NCBI GenBank assembly: GCA_003971905.1
Contig: RSEE01000009.1
Location: 1,054,001 to 1,118,000 of the forward strand
Source: Moniliella sp. 'wahieum'
Taxonomy: Eukaryota
Length of the DNA stretch: 64,000 bases
Direction of reading: 5' to 3'
Below, one piece after another: positions 11,775 through 25,730 of the stretch (position 1 is the first letter of the stretch; each line of letters starts with the position of its first letter). Made by a program: the position numbers and the translations under genes. Under the pieces are notes generated by a model, which saw only the letters and a list, made by a program, of their open reading frames with translations, had not been told where the DNA came from and ran no database searches.

Positions 11775-12436
11775 GTTTGGCGAAAGCGATGCGTGGTTCA
11801 AAGTAATGAAGGCTGCGATGGTTGCTTCGCTTGCCTTAGCGCCGCGGCTGGCCTGGCGTCTGGTAGGTGGGTTTTGATCGACATCGAGCACCTTCATGGG
11901 GTTGGCTCTGGTGCCGCATGTGATGGGTGTGACGTGGGAGGTCACATGTCAGGTCGTACGCCGTGCGACATGCCACCTGCAAGGATCACCCGGGTATCAC
12001 ATGTCAGGCGCAGGGTTTGGGCCATGGGCCGGGGGGCTCAGGCTGAGCGTCAGGAGGCCGGAGGGTGGATGTGGGCGTGGCTGGGCGGCGGAGGGGCCGG
12101 GGTTACTGGGCACCGGCGAGGGTCTCGTGCCTAGTCACGACGCCCTGGCCGCCCGCCTGCTTCAGCCCCCGACGTGTGATGAGGCCCACAGGTGCGACAT
12201 GTGACAGCGCCCGCCGCCTGCCTCCGATCTCAGCCAGGCAGGCCCACAGCGCAGCGCTCAGCATGTGAGCCTGGAGGCTTGCATGACCCGCACCCGCCGG
12301 CTCGTCACCCGCCCGCCTGCCCCGCCCCGTCCCACCGCCCAACGCCTCCCCGCTGCTCCGCCAGGGCCAGTCTGGGCCACTAACAACACTGCCCATCCCA
12401 TCCCATCTCGAGCCGAGTGGCTGCCACACGCACGCC

Positions 12437-14300
12437 ATGCCGTCCCCGCCGCCCTCGCCCCCGCCCTTGCCCCCTCCCCTCTCGCCCTTGCCCCCGCCCC
12501 CCCCACCCCCCGCCCCCCTCCCACACCCGCCGCACCAGCACTCCCGCCCCGCCCGCCGAGTACGACGCGGTGGTCGCCATGGCCCACCCTGCCCATCCCC
12601 AGCACGCCCAGTATCTCGCCCAGCGCACACCACCACGCCCTCCCTCCCTCCCTCCACCCGCTCCAGCCCGCCGCCCGTTTCCCCGCCCGCCCCGCTCCCG
12701 CCCGACCGCGACCGCCCACGTGGCCTCGCCGCCACCGCGTGCGGGAGCCGCGCGCGAGCACCGCTCCCTCGTCCCTCCTCGCCCGGCTACCGGCTTGGTC
12801 CAGCCCGCCCTGGCCGAGGGCGAAGATTCCGAGCCATCAGACCCAGACAGTAGTGCGGCAGCCGTTCTTGCTGCCGCTCTGACCTCGGCCCACCCTAGCA
12901 TCGTCCCTCTTTCCCCCGTGTCCATCCCGCTCCTCCCGTCCCGCCCCCACACCCACACCCGCACCCGTTCGCAATCGCGCGCCCACGTGCGTGTCGCTGT
13001 CCCACCTCCTACCCGCCCATCACCGCTGCCGAGCACCGCGAATCGAGCGGGTCCAAAACGTCCTTCTCCTTGTTCCTTCTGGGTCACGGAACAACTCTCT
13101 CCCTTCCCACCGGCCCAGCAGGACAGATGACAGGCTGCAGGGCGGAATCGGACGTCGAGCCGCCGTTGCGACGCCAATCGTTGAGGGACGCCAAACGTTC
13201 CCGGTACCAGTGCCGGGGGCGGGTCGAGCAGCTTTGGCGCGCTCCGTATCAGTGTCGACGTCAGGCTCGCATACGGCATCCAAGCTTCGATTTGCAGAGC
13301 TTTCGTTGGTGGATCGAGATTCTCGGCCTGGGACAGCGCCTACGTTTACGTCTGCGACGGCGTCTACGTCTACGTCTACGTCTACGGGTGCTGGGGCAGC
13401 TAGCACGTCAACTGCCCACCAGCTGCTCCTGGACACGACTTGGACAAGCACAGCTCTATGCTGCCAACACGTACTTATCCTCGGCGCATGGCGCCCGTTG
13501 CGCCGCCCACGTCGTACATTGCTCCGCGGAGGGAGAGGAGTGCCTCCTCCTCCTCGGCGTGGGGTACTTTGGTCGGCGCTGTCGCTCTCTTCGGGTGGGT
13601 CCCATGGTTCGGCCGGATCGGCCACGCACCCACGGCGAGATCCGACCTTCGTCCGCATCTAGTCACCAGTCTTGTGCCACAACGGACGCCCCCCAACCCA
13701 CCAGGCGCTCGAGAAAGAACAGCAACCCCCTTTCTCTTTCCACGCCTAGCTCGCCCGTGCCGGCGCTCCTGTCACGCTTGACCATTGGCGGCGCAAGCCG
13801 CAGAATGGGGGGACTCAGAGACCGAACGGGGGGACTTGCCCTCCTCTCTCCCCAGTGAGGGCGAAGACCACGGCCAAGACCAAGGCACAGCCGATGGCCA
13901 AGACCATGACCAACGGGAGGACCAAGGTCAAGGCCAAGGCGGCGCACTTTCGGACGAATGGAGCACATTGAAGATCCACCTTCCGCAGCCGAATTCGAGG
14001 TATCCCTTACTTTCTCACTCGGATCACTCACTCTCCTCTTCTCCTGCACGTCGTACCAGCGCCAGCCCTTCACGATCCCTCACCGCCCACTTGCTCTCCC
14101 AGCTCACCGCCGTCGCAGCCCGAGGGGAGCAGGAAAGGAAAGCGCGTCCCCCGCCTCTTAAGTTGTGCCGCGCGATCGGTGCACTTGGGCGCTTTGCTCA
14201 GTTCGCGTCACGCGCCTATGGTCCACGATGACGATTGGGCCAAGGAACAATTTATAAGTCCCTTTCGCCTCGACTGGGGCAGGAGAGGAGGAGGAAAAAG
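12437..14300 (+). CDS. Hypothetical low-complexity protein, frameshifted; end uncertain
   Basis: ATG 12437 followed by overlapping coding-like ORFs (12417..13130, 12991..13662, 13785..14231); no recognised domain. Confidence 0.4.
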
Positions 14301-15452
14301 AGCCCGTGCAACCGCAACCGCAATCGCAAACGCAAACGCATCAGCCATCGCAACCGCCAACGCAACCGCCATCGCAAAACCGCCAACGCCAACGCCAACG
14401 CAAATGCAAATGCAAAAGCAAAAGCAGACGCGCTGCATGTGCGTTCCTCTTCTGTTGTACCTGTTGCACCGGGGAATCTCTTTGGACACTGCTCCTATCT
14501 ATCGTCGTACTTTCCCGTGCCGACCTCCGCCCCACCTACCAACACGAGCCATACCCCACCTTCCGCTCCCGGCACCGCACGTACCTTCTCCCCAACCGGT
14601 TCATCATCCTTCCTCCGCCCCGCCCACGTCAACTGTCCACATCACCTTGGCGAATGCGAATGCGAATGCGAATGGGAATTCAGATGCAGCAAGGCCACCC
14701 TTACGACACCTACCTCACCCCTCTACCACCTACAGGTGGATCTTCTACCCCCCTTTCGCGCTTGGCAACGCCAGCGCTTGTTCCCCCCTCTGCGGCGGTA
14801 CCCTCAAACGGAGACAGTGTCGATGCCTCCGTCGACGTCGAAATCGATGACAGTGGCATTATCCTTACCACCGCCATCGCCATTGCCATCGCCATCGGGT
14901 TCGGGTTCGGCCTCGCTGCGCCACCCTGCCCCTCGCTGGACCCCTTGCTGGACCCCATGGTGCGCGGCGCGAGTCAAGCCGCCGCGGCGGCCGTGACATC
15001 CGCGTTTGAGCCATGTTGCGTGGATTTGACCAGGCTGATAAGGCCGTCCGAGCTCACGTGGTTGCCCAGCACATTCATCCTCCCCCCACTCGGCTTCCTG
15101 ATTTTTGTCTCTTCTTTTCTCCTTCCCACGTTCCATTTTCCATTTTCCATTTCCCCGCTTTCCCGTTTTTGCCGTTTTTTGCCGTTTTTGCCCTTTTGCC
15201 CTTGTTGCCCTTTCGTCGCTCGCCTGGGCCCATGTGGACCTGGAGCTACGGCCCTTGTTCCCCTACCATGACGGAGCGGAGCAGACGGGGCCCAGGACTT
15301 CATTCCGACCCCAGACCCCTACCCCAGACCCCTACCCTATAAAGCCTAACCGGTAACCCCCCCCCCCCTTATTGTAGTGGTTCTTATTGTCTTTGTCTTT
15401 GTCTTTTCTCTTCTTTATCCTTACCCTACATCTACACCTATCCCTCTACACC

Positions 15453-15578
15453 TACCGCTACTACCCTTACCGCTACCCTTACCGCTACTCTTACGGCTAC
15501 CCTTACCGCTACTCTTACGGCTACCCTTACCGCTACTCTTACGCTACCCTTACCGCTACCTTTACCGCTACCGCTACT
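15453..15578. repeat. 12-bp minisatellite (TTACCGCTACYC / TTACGGCTACCC) with 24-bp higher-order alternation
   Basis: Read directly from the sequence. Confidence 0.9.
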
Positions 15579-15844
15579 CCACGCTTGCTGCGATCCTGTC
15601 TTTTTCCCTTGCATACTATTTCCCCTCAGACTTCCCCTCGACCTCTGATCATTGCCATTCTGCTGGGTCCAGGACGTCCGGACATATGTCACCAATAGTC
15701 ACTGTGACATGTGACAGCCATTAGTCACACTAGTCACATATGACATGGGTGTAGCTCTCGTGGCGCGTGGCGTCCAGCCACTAGCCATTGCAAAAATAAC
15801 GTGCTACGCGTCACGCGTCATGGGCAACGCTTCATGTGTCGCGG

Positions 15845-15942
15845 CTTTGCTTTGCTTTGCTTTGCTTTGCTTTGCTTTGCTTTGCTTTGCTTTGCTTTGC
15901 TTTGCTTTGCTTTGCTTTGCTTTGCTTTGCTTTGCTTTGCTT
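15845..15942. repeat. (CTTTG)19 microsatellite
   Basis: Perfect pentamer array. Confidence 0.97.
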
Positions 15943-16785
15943 GTGGCTCTGCTCCGGATCGTATCGATCAGCGCAACCCACCGTGGTATCGTACCGAAGC
16001 TTGAAGCTTGAAGAGAGACAGGATCGAGGATAATATCGATCACCGTTCACCCATCACTGACCGAGTGACAGAATGACCTAGGGACCAGGACGCGTCACTC
16101 ACATCACGTGATGAGTGCTCCTGAACCTTGAACGTTGAACATTGAACATTGAACTTTGATTGCACCAGGCGCGCACGTGAGCACTCAGTTGAACGTTGAG
16201 TACTGAGTATTGAATCAAAGAAGCAGCTGGCCGGTTCTGCTTTTTGTGGGTTTGGTTTTCCTCCTCCACCACGGCGACCTACAGACCGCCTGCCCCCGAG
16301 ACCTGTTGGCGCAGGCGGCTACCGCGTCGCCAAGAACGATCTGCGTTGGGTGTCAGTCGTGCGTGGGGCCCTAACCCCAGCGCGCACTTGGCTCCCCCCT
16401 CGGGTCCCATCTGCCGCTCGGATCGGACCGAGAGCCGGCGCGCGCCGGGCCGCCCTGGCCAGGATCCTCCCTCTCGGTCCGAATGGGCTGGACGGGGAAC
16501 AAACCATGTCGTCTGTCTCGTCTCGGTCTAGGTGCAGCCTTAGGTGTTTGTCGATCATGGACTGATGACTGGTGAACGTTGACTGGTGACTCCGGTGACT
16601 GGTGACTGTGGATCGTGCATGGTGGATGGTAAATCGGACCAAAGCAGCAAAGCGAGGTTATGGTATCCAACAGGTATATCCTTGCATTGCATTGTATTAC
16701 AGTGCCAGTGTAGTGTAGTGCAGTGCACTGCGCACTGCAGTCGTCCCCTCCGATTCGTCTCGTTGAGCCTCGTTGTAGCCTGCTG

Positions 16786-18793
16786 CTATAACCACCCAAC
16801 AGCTAACCACCCAACCATCCACCCAGCCACCCACCCAGCCACCCACCCAGCCACTCCGCCACCTAGCCATCCCGCTGCTGTTACCCGTTCGACGGCCACC
16901 TGTACCGAGCCAAGATTGCTACCGCCGCGCCGGTTTGCCCCGAAGCCGTTGCAGCATGGCCTCCAGGCCATCCGCAAGCTTATCCAAGACCTGTACGCAC
17001 GGGCGCTGTAGCGCCGTGCAGTGAGCCACGTACGCCCGCACCGTCTCCCCCCCGGGGCGAGGCTGATGCCGTGGTCGAGGGAGAGCGGGGAGGTGAGTGG
17101 CCAGCTGGGCAAGTGGCGCGACGCGGATCGGCACACCAGTCCCAGTCCCGCGATCGATAGTGAGCCACGGCGCATCGTCGTGCGGCTGCGGCTGCGAATG
17201 CGGCTGCGGCTGCGGATGCGACAGTAGTGCTGGGGCAGCGTCGGGACGGGTGGACCAGGTTCGGGAAGTGAATGCGGAAGTGGAATTGGGGCGAGCGCGT
17301 GAGCGTCAGCGAGCATGATGCGGTAGCCGGACCAGTGAGCAGGAGGAGCAGGAGGTGGGTTAGGGCATGCGGATCTAGCATTCGAGCTAGGGGTGGTTTG
17401 TCGTACCGTCCCAGTTGGATTGCGATGAGGGTGCCGATGACGAGAAGCGCGAGGGAGCGGCGGCGCTGCGCGAGCGACGGGTAATGCCAGGGACGGCGGT
17501 GCGAGTCCCGGTCCAGGTGGTACGAGTACGGGCGACGGGAGCGGGAGCAGGTCCGGGGAAAAGGGGAAGCGGGATTCTGGGATGGTGGGCAGCGTTTCAA
17601 TGTCCTGCATGGGGGACATGGGCAGGGACGCTTGACGTCGATGCATGCGCGGCCGCGTTGCCGAGGCAGGGAGCAAGGACGGGTCAGAGGAGGAGCGAGT
17701 TCGTAGACTTCAATTTCATCGTGCAGTCCCAAAGTGGGCGTGGGCAAGGCCGAGGAGAGCGATAGCCCGTCTCCTTTCCATCCACCAGGGAAGAGGGATG
17801 GGCAGAAGGCATAGGCACCCAGCGCGCACGCTTGAACCAAGACCATTAGTGTGGTTACCATCCGCATCGCTTGGAGAGAGGCGAGCAAGGCAAAGGAGAG
17901 GGCAGTCAGAAGGTAAGCTGTGGCGCAGCCCAGCGCCAGGCGCCAAAAGTTGGCCTTGGCAGATACTTCGCTGGCTGTACTGGAAGCACGGAAGGTGGAA
18001 GAGGCGGTGCGGGGCTCCATCGCCATAGGCGGGCGAGGGTAAGAAAGGTGAGATAAAACAGGGCAGCGCTGGTGGTCACGGAGGCCAGTGCGTGAGTCCA
18101 GGGCTGATTGCGGGTGTGGTAGAGAGCCGAGGACAGACACGCCAGCAGGGACAGAACAGGCAACCCGAGATAAACTGAGCGCAGCGGGAATGCCGGCGAA
18201 AGGTGGTGGGCGAGGTGGAAGAAGGCATGGAGGTGGACGAGGGCACCAATTAGGCTGGCAGCCATGCTCACTGGTTCTTGCGCCCCAGCAAGCGCAGGAA
18301 GACCCACTTGTCATGGTACTTGACCATCTGCCACTCGATCTCAGGCCGGTCCTGCAGGGTAAGGCGCACGAGATGGTCCTCGTAGCTGCGGGGCCAAGCA
18401 TCGGACGCGGCCGGCTTGTTGCGCAGCTGGCGGCGCACCTCGGCACGTACCTCGGCGGCAGTGATCTCGGCCTGATTGGTGAGCTGGTGCATGCAATGGT
18501 ACTCGCAGTCGTCGTGGCAGGACCAGCCGGTGAGACGAAGGGAAGCGGCAAGCGGCGCGTCTGCCTGCCGCCGCGGCCGGTCACTCCATCGTCCCCCCGT
18601 CGGGGCCGCACAGGTCGGCGTAGCGGGAGGCACGCAGAGGGTGAACTGGGGCGCGGTCTCGCCGGAAGCGGGGGCGGGGGTGAGGGCGGGGGAGCGGCGG
18701 CCTGGTGGTGAGGAGGGCGAGGGCGAGGGTGGTGGTGGCGACCGCAGCCCAGCGCCGCCTGCGGCAGGCGGGAGCAGCGGGGCCGGGGGCCAT
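16786..18793 (-). CDS. Divergent Per1/PGAP3-like (CREST superfamily) membrane protein; frameshifted, end approximate
   Basis: Signal-like N-terminus; ASGETAPQFTLCV; LRLTGWSCHDDCEYHCMH; MVKYHDKWVFLRLLG-QEPVS; SSALYHTRN; LDPHALTH. Confidence 0.8.
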
Positions 18794-19203
18794 GGGGGGA
18801 GGAGCAGGCGCTGGGGTGGCGGGGCGGGGCAGACGCAGCGGGCCAAGATGTGTCTGGGCTGGCTGAATGGATCTGAGATGCGATCGACACGCAACGCACT
18901 GAGACTGATGCTGATAACCGATCCTCGCCAACCCTACGATGCGCCACGCGCTGCTAGCATCGATCATCGATCACGCCACAGCCTAGCGTAGTACGCCCAC
19001 CTGCCAAGAAATGGGCACGGGCGGAATGGAGCGCGAGGAGCGGAATGACTGGCACAACAGCGGCGCTGAGCTGAGCTAACCAGGCACGCTTCCAGCCACC
19101 ATCATCCTTTCTGCTCGGCAGAACGAATAGCCCGCAGTAGTAGTCTGCACAATAGCTGCGCCTGCGCTGTCTCCGCTGCCCCGCTTCTCCGCTGCCCAGC
19201 CCC

Positions 19204-22200
19204 ATGGCCCCGCGCCGCAGCTCCCGCCTCGCCGCGCCGACACCGAGTGTGCTGTCCCCGCTGCTGTCCCTGCTGCTGTCCCTGCTGCTGTCCCCGCTGC
19301 TGTCCCCCCGCTGCTGTCCCTGCTGCTGTCCCGCCCCTGCCGCCCCCCCCCCCCCTCTCCCCTCCCCTCCGCCGCGCAAGAGCAAGCCTGTCCCTGCCAC
19401 CGCCGTGTCAGCGGCCCCGCTTCCCCTGTGCCGTCTGCAACGCCGCGTACGTCTCTAGCCTACCCACACCCTCTGCGCGCGCCGCGAGCTAACCCCTCCC
19501 TCCATCCATCCATTTTCCAGGTACCACCAAAAATGCACCCGCCTCCCCCCTGAGCAACTCCCATCCATCGACACGTTCGTGTGCCACAAGTGCACCCATG
19601 CAGGCCACGGCCAAACCACATTCAAGCCCGCCTCTCCTCCTTCCCCTCCCTCCGCACCCGTGCCTAACGCAGAGCAGCCGGCGTTACATACCTCGGACCC
19701 ACCTGGCGCCGAACCATCCAAAGCAGAACATCCGGGTTTAGTCCAGCAAGCCACCCCACCCGCACTGGACACGCCCCCTTCTCAGCCGCTTGTCGCACCC
19801 CAGTCTGAGCCTGCCCCAGCAGCTCCCCGCCCCGCCTGCCCCTCCTGCACCGCCGTCGACGGGCCACAACCTGCGCAAGCGTCCAGCCAAGGCCGAGCCT
19901 CATCCCGTGTCTCCCGCCGAGCCCGAGCCCCCTGCTGCCTTTGTTATCCAAACACGCTCAACAGGGGTCGAGTCATGGGGCCAAAACCACGTCCAAGCCG
20001 TCCTCGCGCCTCAACAATCGCATGACGCACCAGTAAAAAAGTCTTCGAAGACCACCAGGACCACCCTGATCCTCCCAGCTCGGACAGCGGATCGACGAGG
20101 GCCATGGGCCCTCGCCGCGGCAGCGCACTAAGCGACCGCGTATTGCCACCGCTGCTTCTCCCCGCACCCAAAACCAACCCAAACCCAAACCCAAGACGTT
20201 CCTCTGGCGTTTCGGCCCTGGCTGCCAAGAAGAAGCATTCTTCTTCCGACTCAGTTCCCGCCCCGGCGCCGCCGGGTCCTGTTCCAGCCGACAAGAACCC
20301 TGTGCGGGCATCGGCGCTGACCCAGTTCCAGTTGGCGCTTCGGTCGGTTTTTGTCACCAGTGCGGATGAGGAGGAGGAGCAAGTTCAGCAGCGTGCGCGA
20401 GAGTATACTCAAGCGCTTGAGCAGGGCATCTGGGCCGCGTTTTTCCGACACGTCTTCCTCTGGCCAACGGACTGCCGGTAAGGCGTATCGAGACCGGTTC
20501 CGAACGCTTCTATTTAGTTTGAAGGACAAGTCGAACGAAGGGTTGCGTGCTCGTATTGTATCTGGGAGATGGCAGCCGGGGCATTGGCGGTGTTGCCGAG
20601 CGAAGAGTTGGCGAACGATGCGCTTCGTGCGCAAGTAGGCAGCGAAGCGAGATGCTATTCGCCAGTCCATCCTTCGACCCGATACGGGCCCGCTGCGCAA
20701 GATCACGCACAAGGCGAAGAGTACATTGAATTGGACCCCGGTGCGATCGGCACGTCTCGTGGCGATGACGAGCGGGAAGATGCAGGACACCAAGCGTACC
20801 TGGCCCAGGTCGAGCGGGAACGGCAAGAAGAGGAAGCCAAGTTGCGCGGTCGAGGGTCTCCTTCCCGTCGCTCCGCTTCCCCGCGCGGCGAGAGGATGGA
20901 TCGGCACGGGCCGCTCGGTCTCCCCAGCGTGCTCAAGAGGGTGGACGAAGCAACTTTGATCTGCTGGACCACTGGGTTCGGTCGAGGTTCAGCCGGAACC
21001 GGAGCCGGAAGAACTGGTGCATGCCTCCAACGACGCGAATGCGAACGGAGTCAATGCCGATGACATTATGGATGCACTGGATGAGCCCGAGGAGGAGTAC
21101 GATCCGTTATGCGTTTGACGAGCCTGCTGCTGCGCCTTCTACGGTGGACGAGTCTGCAACGGTGCCAGCCCCCGGCGCCAGCCAAGACGATGACGATCGG
21201 CCTTACGATCCATTCGAATCGGAGCCAGAGCCGTTCCCCACCTCGGTCTTGTGGCGCGGAGCAGTGACCATGCCTGGCATGGCTACGTTCAGTGGGGAAG
21301 TGAAGCAGGTGGGTGGGTATGAGCTGGCCAAACTGAATGGGACCACACCTGTGTGGACCACATTTTTCCCCTCGTCCCATTCGGTCTTGCAAGGCCGTTG
21401 CCATCCGAGGTGGCCGAGACGTATCTGGAACAATGTGCCACCGCACCTTCCTTGGCACTGGCAATTTGGACCATGACAGAAACGTATGATGCGGGCGCGG
21501 TGCGCATGCCTGCGGCCGGAGTGAGGAGTGAAGACCTCCACCCCCCCACCTCGGACGGAGAGAATAAGCGCCAGTTCCAAGTCCTGCTCGATTACCTTGC
21601 ACTCAGGGCGCTACGCTGTCTGCCAGCACACCCTGCCGACAAGGGCCGCGCAGTGAAAGATTTTTATGTGGGAGCACTCAAAGCCCATACCGCCTGGCCT
21701 AAATGGTTGGCCAAGGCTCAGCCAACCGGATTGCACGATGACCATCGCGACAGGCTCATTTTGGTCGCCGTACTCAACATGGGCCACCTCCAAGAAGGTA
21801 TTGTCAGTTGCTGTGCGGCACCCCATCCGCCCACCCCACCTCCACCTCCACCTCCACCTCCAACACCTCTACCCCTCTTGGACATAGCCATAGCGACATT
21901 GTCGCCCCGCCCACAGCTGCGCTGCAAGACTTGCTGGGCCAGTTTGCGCACACCCGTACCTGCACCTACACCTGTCTCTGCACCTGCACCTGCACCTGCG
22001 CCTGCACCTGGACCTGGACTTGTGCCCGCGACCGCATCCGCTGCGCCGCCCGCAGCGCAGGTGTCCAGCCAAACCCTGGAATCGCTCAGCCGCATGTCAA
22101 GGGAAGAAGCCGAGGCGTTCTTGTACGCCAACCCGGCCTTGGTGGACCAATTGGCATCGAGCTTGGCTGCTTCTTCCTCTCCTACACCTGCTGGCTCGCC

Positions 22201-22518
22201 TCCTGGTCCTCCGCCTGGTCCCCCTCCTGGTCCCCCTCCTGGTCTACCCCCTGGTCCCCCTCCTGGTCTTCCACACGGTCCACCCCCTGGCCCTCCACAC
22301 GGTCCACCCCCGGCCCTCCACCTGGTTCACCTCCCGGCCCACCTCCCGTACATCCTATTTCTTCTGCTGGCCCTGCAAGCGGAGGCGCGCGGGGCTATGG
22401 CGCCTACCCGCCACGACGGCCTGGGTACGAGGAGTGGGGTCGTCCGGCCTGGGGCGCGCCCGCTCGCGGCGGGTACGATGCGGGATATCCCACGGACCGG
22501 GGATGGCGCCGTCGATGA
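19204..22518 (+). CDS. BYE1: Bye1-like PHD finger / TFIIS-central / SPOC transcription regulator
   Basis: PHD remnant (YHQKC...FVCHKC) after an intron at ~19447-19520; TFIIS_M (YRDRFRTLLFSLKDKSNEGLRARIVSG...LPSEELAN); SPOC (WRGAVTMPGMATFSG...VGG...VKDFYV); Pro-rich tail. Confidence 0.85.
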
Positions 22519-22537
22519 TAGAGCATGGCGCATGACA

Positions 22538-22593
22538 GATGTCGAATGTCGGATGTGGGATGTGGGATGTCGGATGTGGGATGTGGGATGTCG
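22538..22593. repeat. (GATGTSG)8 heptamer repeat just 3' of BYE1
   Basis: Read directly from the sequence. Confidence 0.9.
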
Positions 22594-23888
22594 GGTGAGG
22601 GCAGCAGGAGCAACGCACTGCCGCTGCACTCCCTGCGACGTGGTCGTCTCTCTCCCCTTCATCCATGAACATGAGTCTCCATCCTTCTGATTGGCATGGT
22701 CAGACTGGCGGGACACATTCGTCTTGTCTCTACGCGCAAGTGACGAGCGACGATACGAACGAGCAGAGGGAGTCACTACTCATCTACTCATCGATCATCT
22801 GCGGATGCCACATATGTACTAGTATTGTATGCTGCTGTGGCCTTGTGATTGATCAATGATTAGTACTTAGTGAGACTGCAATGTAGCCAAGTAGGACTGC
22901 TGCCCCCGGCGCTCCATCAGACAGACAACAGGACCCTAGATCGCCCGCCTCCTCAGTCACTAGTCAGCCAGACTGTAGTGCGCACCGTCAGGCTGTTTTC
23001 ATAGCGAACGGCAACGGCCACTGCAACAATCATTAATCAAGATCAGTTTTCGCATGTGGGATGGCAGATATGGGATGTGGGATGTGGGCCGATGGAGGGG
23101 CAGGTGGAGGTGGAGGTGGAGGTGGAGACGCAGCGGAAAGTGCAGTGCTTGTCCTATTTCTCGGCAGGTAGCAATGCCCTCTCTCCATACGCCTTGGGCG
23201 ACATGCGATGGCAGTGGCTGTGGCGGTGGCGGTGGCAGTGGCAGTGCGAGTGCAAGTGCAAGTGCAAGTGCACGTGCGATCGCCCTGCACACCATCCCAT
23301 CTTTCGTCCCTCCCAAGTATAGAAGCGACCAGGCCAACGCAGGCGGCGTCCACGGTGGCCATTCAGTATTTCTATGGAGATCCTGAGGCGGGGCGGGGCG
23401 GAATGCAGCGCCGCTGATCATCGATCATTGATCACCGGTCCCTGTCGATGCGGAGCTGCGTTGCTAGTCGCTGGTCGCTGGTCGCTCAGCCCGAGCTCAG
23501 CCGTTCATTCCGCCGGCGCGGTGCACCACCCCCTTGGACCTGGCCGCGCTGCCAGAGCGGGGAAGAGGTGCGATATGCGCCGCTGAGCTTGCCGTCCTAT
23601 CTCTCCCTCTCCCTCTCCCCCCCGCTTCAGCTCCAGCTTCACACCACCACCACCACCTCCGCCTCTGCCTTCGTCTTTGCCTTCGCCTCCGCCTGCCCCG
23701 TGCCGAGCGAGTCCTGCACCTCCACCGGCTTTGCCTTGCCTGCTGCATGTCTGCCATCTGGCCCTTTCGGACCCAATGATCTCTGTGCGCCCTCTCTCTC
23801 CTCTCTCCTGCCTCGCTCGTCGCAGCTGCTGACCAGCCCCCCACCCCACCCACTTCAACGCGTGCGACCCTGGCCGGACCTTGCTCAG

Positions 23889-25730
23889 GCTATCTTCATC
23901 TTCAATTTACGTGGGGAGGTGCTCATTTCGCGCGTGTACCGTCCTGATGTCAAGTATGTACTTGCAGCTCCTCTCATCCTTCTCCTTCTCCTTCTCCTTC
24001 TCTTTTTTCTTTCCCTTTGCCCCTTCCTGCGCCGGACAGATCTGACAATGAGGCTCGCTACTCTGTGCAGACGTTCGTTGTCTGATATCTTTCGGATCCA
24101 AGTTATTGCGCAGCCGGACGTGCGCTCGCCCATCATCACCCTCGGTAGCACCTCCTTTTTCCATGTGCGGCACCAGAACCTGTATGTGGTGGCGGTGACC
24201 AAGTGCAATGCCAACGCTGCGCTGGTGTTTGAGTTTTTGTATCGGCTGATCCAGATCGGCCGATCTTACTTTGGCACGCTGGATGAAGAGGCGGTGAAGA
24301 ACAACTTTGTGTTGTTGTATGAGTTGTTGGATGGTACGTTTTTGGGGGTTGTGCGGGGGGGCGGGGGGGCTTGGTTCCGTGTACCTAGGTTGGGTCGAGT
24401 TGGACTGACGCGTAACGTTTCTTTCTTTTCTTTCTTCGTTTCTTCCTTTACTTTACTTTACTTTTGTTTGGTTTCTTTTCTTCTGTTTCTACGAGATCAT
24501 GGACTTTGGTATTCCTCAAAACAGCGAGATTGACACACTCAAGATGTACATCACTACCGCCTCGGTCAAGTCCGAGCAGGCAGTGCGGGAAGACAGTGCC
24601 AAGATCTCGATTCAAGCCACGGGCGCGGTAGGCTGGCGTCGGTCCGACATCAAGTACCGCAAAAACGAAGTGTTTGTCGATGTCATCGAGACGGTCAACA
24701 TGCTCATGTCAGCCTCGGGCACAGTCCTGCGCGCTGACGTGGATGGTCAAATCATGATGCGGGCCTACCTGTCGGGCATGCCTGAGTGCCGGTTCGGCTT
24801 GAACGATAAACTGATGCTCGAAAAAAAGTACGTTGGGCTCGGTCTGGGTGGAGATGGAGATGGTGGTGGTATGGTGTGGTATGGTGTGGTGGGCTAACGT
24901 GTGGGAAAAGGGGTGGGACCGCTACTTCGGAGGACGGGTCGATCGTGCTGGACGATACTCAGTTCCACCAATGCGTCAAGCTGGGTCGCTACGAGGCCGA
25001 TCGGTCCATCTCCTTTGTGCCGCCCGACGGCGAGTTTGAGCTGATGAAGTACCGTGCTACCCGTGGGGTCAGTCTGCCGATCAAGGTGCATGCCCTGGTG
25101 GATGAACCCAGCAAGACACGCGTCGACTACAACATTTCCCTTCGAACCTCGTTCGAGTCGCGCCTCAACGCTAGCTCGGTCGTGTTGCGTATCCCTACTC
25201 CTCTCAACGTGACCAGCGCCAAAGTCCACACGTCCCTCGGCAAGGCCAAGTACCACCCTTCGGACAACATGATTGTGTGGAAGTATGTATCGTGTCGTGT
25301 TGGGTTGTGTTGGGTTGTGCTGTGCTGTGCTGCCTTCCCACTTTCTTGGCCGCGTAGGCCAGCTGACTCTTGCCCCCCCCTTTTATTTCTGTTGCCCTGG
25401 CAGGATTCCGCGCAAGGCGGTGCCGAAGCCACGCTGCAAGCCGAGGCCGAACGCACCTCTACCACCACGGCCAAACCCTGGTCCCGACCTCCCATCGAAG
25501 TGGATTTCCAAATCCTCATGTACACGGCCTCGGGACTACTGGTACGGTACCTCAAAGTATTCGAACGAAGCAACTGTACGTCCCCCGTCCCCCGTCCTCC
25601 CGCCCGCTCCCCTCTCAACCTCCGTTGACTGACCTGATGCGACCTGCCCCTCCTGGACTCGGCAGACCAAAGTGTCAAGTGGGTGCGCTACCTCACCAAG
25701 GCCACTGGCTCTTACCTCGTACGAATCTGA
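23889..25730 (+). CDS. APM4: AP-2 complex medium (mu) subunit, multi-exon; first short exon not located
   Basis: IFIFNLRGEVLISR; DIFRIQVI..DVRSPIITLGSTSFFHVRH; WRRSDIKYRKNEVFVDV; LSGMPECRFGLND; FHQCVKL; SFVPPDGEFELMKYR; KWVRYLTKA. Confidence 0.95.

Noticed and set aside
15453..15942. CRISPR array, telomere seed or repeat-peptide precursor (YPYRYSYG, ALLCF ORFs)
   Set aside because: These are simple tandem repeats with no unique spacers, no TTAGGG array and no signal peptide or processing sites. The ORFs are by-products of the repeats.
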